From contig JBBRLJ010000071.1 in assembly GCA_038231435.1 (NCBI GenBank), positions 1 through 13,760 of the forward strand: 13,760 bases of DNA. The letters are read 5' to 3'. The stretch's first letter is position 1; every line of letters begins with the position of its first letter. Shown here one piece after another: positions 1-6,477 of this stretch. This stretch comes from Planctomycetota bacterium (lineage in GTDB: Bacteria; Planctomycetota; UBA11346). A program made the position numbers and the translations under genes. The notes beneath the pieces were generated by a model. It had not been told where the DNA came from. It saw only the letters and a list, made by a program, of their open reading frames with translations, and searched no databases.

Positions 1-50
1 GGCCCCCGTGGATCGAAATTGGTAGAGGCCGTAGGGGCGGAGCCCCGCAA

Positions 51-290
51 TCAATGATGCGAGTGGCCGCAGCTTCCGGTTCCGCAGCCGCCGCCGCCGC
101 TCGGGGCCTGCGCGCTGCCGGCGCGGCTCTCGATGCCGGTGAAGCCGAGGCCGCCCGAGATCACGCGTTGGACGGGTTCGCCGGTTTCGGGGTCTGCGCT
201 GAGCGGCTTGTCGGCCATGCGCTGCGATACCTCGAAGCGGCGTACCTTGGCGGGATCGTCCGAGATGGTTTCGTAGACGTAGGTCGGCAT
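51..290 (-). CDS. FmdB-family zinc-ribbon-like small protein, variant lacking the CxxC pairs (79 aa)
   Basis: ATG at 290 gives MPTYVYE...FEVSQRMADKPL..DPETGEPVQRVISGG. This follows the FmdB layout (MP.YEY.C..C...FE..Q...D.PL..CP.CG....R.IS) and ends in a Gly-rich tail, GGGCGTGSCGHSHH. Confidence 0.8.
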   Translation of the reverse strand: MPTYVYETISDDPAKVRRFEVSQRMADKPLSADPETGEPVQRVISGGLGFTGIESRAGSAQAPSGGGGCGTGSCGHSHH

Positions 291-297
291 GGCGTGG

Positions 298-324
298 ATC
301 CTAGGCACTTCTCGTGGCCGGCAA
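298..324 (-). promoter_or_regulatory. Putative sigma70-type promoter of the FmdB-like gene, probably leaderless
   Basis: Minus strand reads TTGCCG (324-319), 15 nt, TAGGAT (303-298). Only 7 nt separate the -10 box from the ATG, and there is no Shine-Dalgarno. Confidence 0.5.
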
Positions 325-365
325 CCGCCACCCTGCCGGCTTTCGCTCACAGAATGCGAGCGACC

Positions 366-1673
366 TCAGTCGGCGATGCCGGATGCCACGGCGATGCCGT
401 CGGCGGGCAGGTGTGCCTGGGTGCCACGGTCGCGCAGGCGCGCGCGGCTGCTGACGATCATGGTCAGCACGGTGATGCCGGCGAGCATGTAGAACTGCTG
501 GGTGGCGCTCATCAGGCCCAGGAACAACGGCACTGCGAGACCGAAGCCGACCAGGAAGATGAAGACGTTGTGCACCAGGCTCATCACCGTCGAACCGCGC
601 CCAGCGAGGCCCGCGCCGGCGGCGAGCGCGAGCAAGCGCGCGTCCATGACGTTGGTGGGGGCGGCGAAGAAGGCGCCGACCAGCACCATCATCAGCGACG
701 CCGTGGCATGGGTGTGCACCACGTGCGGATAGATCCCGATGCACACCGCCAGCGCCAGGTACGAACCCATCACGTGCCGCCTGCTGGTGAACCAATGCGA
801 GCCGAGGTTGCCGCCGATCGCGCCGATGGCCGCGAACAGCGCCATCGAACTCGCGCGGGTCGGCGTCAGGTCGAGCCGGGTGTCGTCGATGGCGTCGATG
901 TACACGGCGAGGCTGGCCGCCGAGGCGATCCCCCATGCCATGCCGCCGGCCGCCAGCAGCGCCCAATGCTGGCGCATCATCGAGGCGGTGCCGGCGATCA
1001 GGGCGCGCATGCCCACCGCGAACGGGATCGGGCGTGGCTCGGGCGGCCGCACCATCAGCGCGAGCACGGTCGCGACGCACATGAAGGCGAACAGGATCGC
1101 ATGCCGCGCCATCACCGAATCGCGGTGGGTATCGAGCGACATCTTCTCGCGCAGGATCGTCCCCATCACCGTGCCGGTGAGGATGCCGACGACCAGGCAC
1201 GAGTTGACGATGCCGCTCACCTGGGTGTTGGGCCGCCTGGTCGCCCGCGACAGCAGCGGGATGACCTTCCCGCGCGCCGCGCAGGCCGCGCCGTAGGCGA
1301 CGCCGACGAGAGAGGCCACGATCCAGGGATTGATCCACAGGGTCGCCAGGCTGCCGATGCCGACGCCAGCCGATGAGGCCACGAACAACCGCGAGCAGCG
1401 CCACGCGCCGGCGAGTGGGGCATTGATCAGGTAGCCGACCAGCACCCCCAGCGTGAGCACAGCCGCGAGGCCCTGCGACACCGCTTCCTCGAGCGTCCCC
1501 TTATCGATGCAGCGCCGCACCAGCCGGTCCATCCACTCGAAAATCAGCGGATCCTTCGGCGAGTATTCGAAGGCCAGTTCGCCGATGAGCACGAACTTCA
1601 ACCCGGCGAACCCGGCCCCGGTCATCAGCGTCACGATCACCGCCGGCCACAGGCTGGGACGCCTCACGCGCAT
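366..1673 (-). CDS. lplT: MFS transporter resembling lysophospholipid transporter LplT (435 aa)
   Basis: About 12 hydrophobic segments in two halves. GVAYGAACAARGKVIPLL and VSGIVNSCLVVGILTGTVMGTIL resemble LplT segments as I recall them (G..AA.YSPAKYGIL.EL and ANGLME..TI.AILLG.V.GG.L). MFS membership is more certain than the lplT name. Confidence 0.65.
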   Translation of the reverse strand: MRVRRPSLWPAVIVTLMTGAGFAGLKFVLIGELAFEYSPKDPLIFEWMDRLVRRCIDKGTLEEAVSQGLAAVLTLGVLVGYLINAPLAGAWRCSRLFVASSAGVGIGSLATLWINPWIVASLVGVAYGAACAARGKVIPLLSRATRRPNTQVSGIVNSCLVVGILTGTVMGTILREKMSLDTHRDSVMARHAILFAFMCVATVLALMVRPPEPRPIPFAVGMRALIAGTASMMRQHWALLAAGGMAWGIASAASLAVYIDAIDDTRLDLTPTRASSMALFAAIGAIGGNLGSHWFTSRRHVMGSYLALAVCIGIYPHVVHTHATASLMMVLVGAFFAAPTNVMDARLLALAAGAGLAGRGSTVMSLVHNVFIFLVGFGLAVPLFLGLMSATQQFYMLAGITVLTMIVSSRARLRDRGTQAHLPADGIAVASGIAD

Positions 1674-1809
1674 AGATCGCCGAGTATCGGATAAGTCCGC
1701 TACTGTCCACTCGTTACTGCGACTCCCTCTGGGGCTCGCTGACGCGGGCGCGAGCCCGCGACCTGCGCGTAGTCCTGCTGGTGCCGCCCGGTCGCCGGAC
1801 GACCGCGCC

Positions 1810-1836
1810 TTGCCGCCCTGGCTGCGCGTCTAGACT
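1810..1836 (+). promoter_or_regulatory. Putative sigma70-type promoter of purD
   Basis: TTGCCG (1810-1815), 15 nt, TAGACT (1831-1836), followed by a GGAGG ribosome-binding site before the GTG at 1860. Confidence 0.55.
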
Positions 1837-1859
1837 CCCCGCCTCGATCGGAGGCGCTG

Positions 1860-3149
1860 GTGAAGGTGATGGTGATCGGCGGCGGCGGCCGCGAGCATGC
1901 CCTGGCTTGGAAGCTCAAGCAGAGCCCGCGCGTCGACGCGCTGTTCATCGCCCCGGGAAATCCCGGCACCGCCTCGCTCGGCACCAACGTGCCGATCAAG
2001 GTCACCGAGATCGAGAAGTTGGCCCAGTTCGCGGTCGAGAACCACATCGAGCTGACCATCGTCGGGCCCGAGATCCCGCTGGTGCTGGGCATCGTCGACG
2101 AATTCCAGCGTCGCGGCCTGCGCGCGTGGGGACCGTCGAAAGCCGCCTCCACGCTCGAAGGCAGCAAGGTGGCGATGAAGGAGTTCCTGCGCCGCCACAA
2201 CATCCCCACCGCTCAGTTCAAGATCTTCAACAAGCCGGTCGACGCCCACGCCTACATCGACGAGGTCGACGGTCCGCTGGTGGTGAAGTGCGACGGCCTG
2301 GCCGCGGGCAAGGGCGTGACCGTGGCCAAGGGCCCGGCCGAGGCCCACGACGCGGTGACGCGCATCATGGAGAAGCACGAGTTCGGCCGCGAAGCAGGCA
2401 GGAACGTGATCATCGAGGAGGTGCTGCGCGGCGAGGAGATCAGCGTCTTCGCCTTCTGCGACGGCCACAACGCCGTTCTGCTCGATCACTGCCAGGACCA
2501 CAAGCAGGTATTCGATGGCGACGAGGGCCCGAATACCGGGGGCATGGGCGCCTTCACCCCGGCGACCGGCCTGATGAAGCCGCGCGACGAGGACGAGATG
2601 GTACGGCGCATCCTGGTGCCGACCATGAGCGGGCTGGTCCACGAGGGGCGCCCGTACGTCGGCGTGCTGTACATGGGCCTGATGATCACCGATTCGGGCC
2701 CGAAGGTGATCGAATACAACGTGCGCTTCGGAGATCCCGAATGCCAAGCGTTGATGCTACGCCTGGACACCGATCTGGTCGAGATCTGCGAGGCCTGCAT
2801 CGCCGGGCACCTCGACCGCGTGTCCCTCGACTGGCATCCGGGCGTCGCGGTATGCGTGTCGATGGCCTCGAAGGGCTACCCCGCCGACGGCTACCCGCGC
2901 GACCTGCCGATCACCGGCCTCGACGCCGCGACCGCCGCCGGGGCCGTTGTCTTCCACGCCGGCACCACCCAGGACCGCGCCGGCCGGCTGCTCACCGCCG
3001 GCGGACGCGTGCTGTCGGTGTGCGGCCGCGGCGAGACCCTCGACCAGGCGCGCGCGATCGCCTACGCCGGCTGCGACGCGATCGCGTTCGACGGCAAGCA
3101 CTACCGCCGCGACATCGGCAGGCGCGCCGAGGCGCGCAAGGCGAAATGA
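1860..3149 (+). CDS. purD: Phosphoribosylamine--glycine ligase (GAR synthetase), 429 aa
   Basis: Hallmark motifs: GGGGREHALAW, APGNPG, VGPEIPLVLGIVD, LEGSK, VVKCDGLAAGKGV, QDHK...GPNTGGMGA, EYNVRFGDPECQ, FHAGT, GGRVL, YRRDIG. Confidence 0.98.
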   Translation: MKVMVIGGGGREHALAWKLKQSPRVDALFIAPGNPGTASLGTNVPIKVTEIEKLAQFAVENHIELTIVGPEIPLVLGIVDEFQRRGLRAWGPSKAASTLEGSKVAMKEFLRRHNIPTAQFKIFNKPVDAHAYIDEVDGPLVVKCDGLAAGKGVTVAKGPAEAHDAVTRIMEKHEFGREAGRNVIIEEVLRGEEISVFAFCDGHNAVLLDHCQDHKQVFDGDEGPNTGGMGAFTPATGLMKPRDEDEMVRRILVPTMSGLVHEGRPYVGVLYMGLMITDSGPKVIEYNVRFGDPECQALMLRLDTDLVEICEACIAGHLDRVSLDWHPGVAVCVSMASKGYPADGYPRDLPITGLDAATAAGAVVFHAGTTQDRAGRLLTAGGRVLSVCGRGETLDQARAIAYAGCDAIAFDGKHYRRDIGRRAEARKAK

Positions 3150-3158
3150 ATCGCGGAA

Positions 3159-3266
3159 GTGCGGAGTACGGCGTGCGGCGTGCGGCGAGACAGCCGGCCA
3201 CGTTCCCGCATGCATCCCGTCTGTCAGCAATTCTCTTTCCCGCACCCCGCACCCCGCTCTCCGCAC
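3159..3266. repeat. Inverted pair of heptamer tandem arrays: 4x GTGCGGN, 52-nt spacer, 4x NCCGCAC
   Basis: Left arm 3159-3186: GTGCGGA GTACGGC GTGCGGC GTGCGGC. Right arm 3239-3266: CCCGCAC CCCGCAC CCCGCTC TCCGCAC. Confidence 0.85.
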
Positions 3267-3273
3267 CTCTGCC

Positions 3274-3726
3274 ATGAAAATATTGTGCGTCTGCACCGGC
3301 AACACCTGCCGCAGCCCGATGCTCGCGGTGCTGCTGCGATCGGAGCTGCAGCGCCGGGCCAAGAGCGGCACGGTCGAGAGCGCCGGAACCGGGGCGACCC
3401 CCGGCGACGTGGCCAGCGAGGGCGCCGTGACCGCCATGGGCCGCCGCGGCCTCGCGCTGGATAATCATCGCAGCCGAGCCGTGCTCGGCCTCGACCTCGC
3501 CTCGTTCGACCGCGTGCTCTGCATGTCCTCTGGGCACGCCGCGTACGTACGCAGCCTGGGCGTGCCCGCGGCTCGGCTCGCGGTGGTCAATGCCGAGGGC
3601 GGTGGCATCCCAGATCCATACGGCCGCGACGACGAAGCCTACGAGGAATGCGCGCAGGCGCTGCAGAGCTTCGCCGAGGACTGGATCGAGGATCTGCCCG
3701 CGGATCCGCCGCCACCGGGAGGGTGA
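3274..3726 (+). CDS. Low-molecular-weight phosphatase (LMW-PTP fold), likely a YwlE-like protein-arginine phosphatase, 150 aa
   Basis: ATG at 3274. P-loop VCTGNTCRSPM, SAGT, H.SR and the general-acid loop IPDPYG are present. The Thr in CTGNTCR matches YwlE, whereas tyrosine-specific LMW-PTPs usually have Ile there. Confidence 0.88.
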   Translation: MKILCVCTGNTCRSPMLAVLLRSELQRRAKSGTVESAGTGATPGDVASEGAVTAMGRRGLALDNHRSRAVLGLDLASFDRVLCMSSGHAAYVRSLGVPAARLAVVNAEGGGIPDPYGRDDEAYEECAQALQSFAEDWIEDLPADPPPPGG

Positions 3727-3731
3727 TCGGG

Positions 3732-3764
3732 CGCAGGGCGCGGACGCAGGGCGCAGACGCAGGG
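3732..3764. repeat. 13-bp tandem repeat, 2.5 copies
   Basis: CGCAGGGCGCGGA CGCAGGGCGCAGA CGCAGGG, directly after the phosphatase stop codon. Confidence 0.75.
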
Positions 3765-3779
3765 AAGGGACCACGGCGG

Positions 3780-3897
3780 GAAGGTAGGAAGGCTCGAAAG
3801 CGAGAAAGCTAGAAGCCTCGAGGGCTCGAACGACCAGGAGCGAGCCGCAGGCGGGCGCCGTTTTCGGACTGTCCAACTCTCGAACCTTCCGGCCCTC
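3780..3897. repeat. Inverted pair of degenerate octamer tandem arrays (GAAGGCTC-like)
   Basis: Left arm 3780-3835: GAAGGTAG GAAGGCTC GAAAGCGA GAAAGCTA GAAGCCTC GAGGGCTC GAACGACC. Right arm 3858-3897 has period 8 with every unit ending in TC: CCGTTTTC GGACTGTC CAACTCTC GAACCTTC CGGCCCTC. Confidence 0.7.
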
Positions 3898-3968
3898 TGG
3901 CCAGCTCCTGTAGTCCACCATCGAGTCCGCTCGCGCTTCCTCGTCCGCTTGGCGCTCCACACTCCGTC

Positions 3969-4577
3969 ATGCCCGCATCGCCTCCGTCCCCCCTGTCGCC
4001 GCTCCCGTACGAGGAGTCCGCCCGCGCCGCGCTCGACGCCGCCCACGCGGCAGATCCCGAACGCGACGAGGGCCGGCCAGCCGAGCACGTCTACGCGGAT
4101 CGCATCGAGGGCTGGATCGGGCGCCTGGTCGATGCGGCCTCGCCGACCCTGCGCCTCGCGGCGCGCGCGCAGCACCTCGAGCGCTGGGCCATCCCGCGCT
4201 CCGACTACCCGATGGACCGGCCGGGGTACCACCGCTGGCGGCGCGCCGTGCAAGCCCGACAGGGCGCGCGCGCGCGCGAACTGCTGCTCGCCAGCGGCTG
4301 TCCGACCGAGCAGGCGGAGCGCGTTGCGGTGCTGGTGGCGAAAAACGCCGCGAAGGGCGACGCCGATGGCCAGGCGCTCGAGGACGCCGCCTGCCTGGTG
4401 TTCCTCGAACGCGAGCTCGCGGCCTTCGCGGGCGAGCATGGGGACTACAGCCGTGAGAAGTTCATCGATATCATCCGCAAGACCTGGGCGAAGATGAGCC
4501 CGCGCGCCCACCAGCTCGCGCTCGGCATCCCCCTACCGTCCGAGCTGGCGGCCCTGGTGAAGGAAGCTGTCGGCTGA
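3969..4577 (+). CDS. DUF4202-family protein, 202 aa
   Basis: Motifs recalled for this family: DAAHAADP, LAARAQHLERWAIPRSDYPMDRPGYHRWR, QALEDAACLVFL, IIRKTWAKMS. Confidence 0.88.
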   Translation: MPASPPSPLSPLPYEESARAALDAAHAADPERDEGRPAEHVYADRIEGWIGRLVDAASPTLRLAARAQHLERWAIPRSDYPMDRPGYHRWRRAVQARQGARARELLLASGCPTEQAERVAVLVAKNAAKGDADGQALEDAACLVFLERELAAFAGEHGDYSREKFIDIIRKTWAKMSPRAHQLALGIPLPSELAALVKEAVG

Positions 4578-4605
4578 GCGGGGGGCGGAGTCTCTGGCGC
4601 GCCCA

Positions 4606-4633
4606 TTGCCCACGGGCGGCGTGCGACTACCGT
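4606..4633 (+). promoter_or_regulatory. Putative sigma70 promoter of tRNA-Leu
   Basis: TTGCCC (4606-4611), 16 nt, TACCGT (4628-4633), ending 10 nt before the mature tRNA 5' end. Confidence 0.55.
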
Positions 4634-4643
4634 TCCTTTCCAC

Positions 4644-4730
4644 GGCCGAGTGGCGGAATTGGCAGACGCAGCGGATTCAAAATCCGCCATCCTCACGGAT
4701 TTGTGGGTTCGAGTCCCACCTTGGCTACCA
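4644..4730 (+). tRNA. tRNA-Leu (anticodon CAA), 87 nt, CCA encoded
   Basis: Acceptor stem GGCCGAG/CTTGGCT plus ACCA; D-arm GCGGAATTGGCAGACGC; anticodon arm GCGGA-TTCAAAA-TCCGC (CAA at 4678-4680); long variable arm ATCC-TCAC-GGAT; T-arm GTGGG-TTCGAGT-CCCAC. Confidence 0.97.
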
Positions 4731-4741
4731 GATGCATTCGT

Positions 4742-4793
4742 GGCTGATCGAGGCTGATCACCACTGGATCGCAGCCGATCACGGCCGGATCGC
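4742..4793. repeat. Five GATC sites spaced 10/11/10/11 bp, containing an imperfect 21-bp tandem duplication
   Basis: GATC starts at 4746, 4756, 4767, 4777 and 4788. Segments 4752-4772 and 4773-4793 match at 16 of 21 positions. Confidence 0.8.
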
Positions 4794-4957
4794 GTGGCGA
4801 TGTGCCACCCGCCCTGGTCTGCTCCACTCGGCGCGCGGCGGCCTTCCTCCGTCATGTCCATATTCCAGGAAAACCGACAGCGCCTACGCGGATCGGCCGT
4901 AGGCATCGCATCGGCAGCCCATTGGCTTCGCACAGCATTGCATTCCCCGGAGGTCCC

Positions 4958-6382
4958 ATGTCCCGACACCTGCTCGCGCTCGTCGTCATCGCCATCGTCG
5001 CCTCGGTCACCATGTCCGCCGACGCCATGGCGGCGACCGCGCCGCCGGCCGCCAATGGCGGTCTCGACGCGGCGGGCCCAGGCACATGGACGAGCGACGA
5101 CGGCAAGCTCAGGATCACCTACGTCTTCGCTCCGCCCGCGCACCCGCAGCCGGGAGCCAAGCTGGCGGTGGTGTTCGGTTTCCACGGCAACAATGGCGAC
5201 GCGGCGCAGGAGGTCGCCAGCACCGCGGCGACGCTTGAGGCGATGAAGATCCGCGACCAGTACCTGATCGTCGGCCTGAAATCCATGGGCACCGGCTGGG
5301 CGGTCGAGGACGACCCGGTGGTCTCGGCCTTCGTCCACCACGCGCTCAAGCGCTGGCCGATCGATCCGCGCCGCGTCTACGGCATCGGTTATTCGGGTGG
5401 CTCGTTCTTCCTCAACCGCTTCGTGCCGCTGAACTCGGATCTCTTCGCCGCGGCAGTCACCTGGGTCGGCGGCGGCGGCGCCAATCCCGTGGGCGCACCG
5501 GCCGACTGCGGTGCCCGTTACTGGATCAACGGCGGCAAGGACACCACCGTCAGCGCCGCGTCCTGCCGGCCACAGGCGTTGGCGGCGAAGGCCCAGGGCA
5601 CGCCGGTCGTCTACCGCGAGCCGCGGGATCTCGGCCACTCCTTCGCCGTCGAGCCGCTGCAGGCCGATGCCCTCGCCTGGCTCGACCGCCAGCGCAACGT
5701 CAACGTTCCTCCGTTGGGCGCCGAGGCTGATCTGATCGCGCTGCTCTCATCCGACAAAGGTGACAAGGGTGACAAGGGTGACAAGGGTGCGAAGGCGCTC
5801 GAGAAACCGGCGACGTGGACGCAGCTGTTCGCCATCGGCGGACGCCCAATCATGCCCGCGGTCGCGGCGGCGCTGGGGAGCGAGGCGACGACCGCGCGCC
5901 TGAACGCGGCGACGCTGTGCGCCAAGACCCCTGTCGACGCGGCGTGCATCGCCGCCCTGTCGACGCTGATCGACGACAAGGACCAGCGCGTGCGCACCGC
6001 CGCGATCGAGGCGCTGGGCACCCAGGCCTCGTGGCAGCAGCCGGGCGCCGCGACGCCTCTGCGCCGGCTCGCGCTCGCGCACGACCGCAAGCTGCCCGAC
6101 CGCGGCGCCGCCCTGACCGCCGTGGCCCGCGCGGCCGCGCTCGATCTCACCGGCGCCTACCTGGCGGGTGAATCGGTGTGGACGCTGGTCGATCTGCTCG
6201 CCGACGACGCCGCTCCATTGCGCGTGGCCGCCTTCGCCGCGCTCGCGCCGGCCGATACCGGCGGCTTCGGCTACGACCCGAAGCTCGGCACCGAGCAGCG
6301 CAAGGCCGCGGCGCAGCGCTGGAGCGATTGGTGCGCGAAGACCTACGGCGAGCGACCAAAGGACACGGGCGAGGCGAAGTAG
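4958..6382 (+). CDS. Secreted alpha/beta-hydrolase (esterase/peptidase-like) with a C-terminal HEAT-like region, 474 aa
   Basis: GGAGG precedes the ATG at 4958. N-terminal signal peptide, FHG oxyanion motif, IDPRRVY-GIGYSGG nucleophile elbow, candidate Asp (GGKDTT) and His (LGHSF). HEAT-like units include LIDDKDQRVRTAAIEALG and LLADDAAPLRVAAFAAL. Confidence 0.8.
   Translation: MSRHLLALVVIAIVASVTMSADAMAATAPPAANGGLDAAGPGTWTSDDGKLRITYVFAPPAHPQPGAKLAVVFGFHGNNGDAAQEVASTAATLEAMKIRDQYLIVGLKSMGTGWAVEDDPVVSAFVHHALKRWPIDPRRVYGIGYSGGSFFLNRFVPLNSDLFAAAVTWVGGGGANPVGAPADCGARYWINGGKDTTVSAASCRPQALAAKAQGTPVVYREPRDLGHSFAVEPLQADALAWLDRQRNVNVPPLGAEADLIALLSSDKGDKGDKGDKGAKALEKPATWTQLFAIGGRPIMPAVAAALGSEATTARLNAATLCAKTPVDAACIAALSTLIDDKDQRVRTAAIEALGTQASWQQPGAATPLRRLALAHDRKLPDRGAALTAVARAAALDLTGAYLAGESVWTLVDLLADDAAPLRVAAFAALAPADTGGFGYDPKLGTEQRKAAAQRWSDWCAKTYGERPKDTGEAK
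5753..5788 (+). repeat. In-frame 9-bp tandem repeat, 4 copies (DKG linker)
   Basis: GACAAAGGT followed by (GACAAGGGT)x3, between the hydrolase and HEAT regions. Confidence 0.9.
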
Positions 6383-6402
6383 CGCCCGGTCCGCCAGTCC
6401 GC

Positions 6403-6477
6403 CGTTTCAGGTGTGAAGCCTCCGCCCACCCTGGAAACGCGCTGCGCGAAGCTTCGGCCGAGACTTAGCGAAGTCTC
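6403..6477. other. Hairpin cluster between convergent genes (possible terminator or RNA-stability elements)
   Basis: Bulged stem CGTTTC-AGG-GTG / CAC-CCT-GAAACG (6403-6439), palindrome CGAAGCTTCG (6447-6456) and stem GAGACTT-AGCG-AAGTCTC (6460-6477). No U-tract. Confidence 0.45.

Noticed and set aside
54..1404. Long ORFs 54..1376 (+) and 301..1404 (-)
   Set aside because: Arg/Ala/Gly-rich shadow frames of the MFS and FmdB genes, as expected in high-GC DNA.
1721..1800. Hairpin GGGCTCGC...GCGAGCCC upstream of purD, considered as a ZMP/ZTP or purine riboswitch
   Set aside because: The conserved riboswitch core and pseudoknot sequences are not recognisable, and the hairpin lies upstream of the predicted purD promoter.
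2947..3273. N-terminal extension of the phosphatase ORF (259-aa version)
   Set aside because: It overlaps purD and translates the heptamer repeats; the LMW-PTP fold begins at MKILCVC (3274).
1781..3277. 498-aa + strand ORF and the 305-aa antisense ORF over purD
   Set aside because: Alternative frames of a clearly real gene, with low-complexity translations.
4923..4942. TGGC...TTGCA upstream of the hydrolase as a sigma54 promoter
   Set aside because: The two elements are 11 nt apart instead of the 7 required for -24/-12 geometry.
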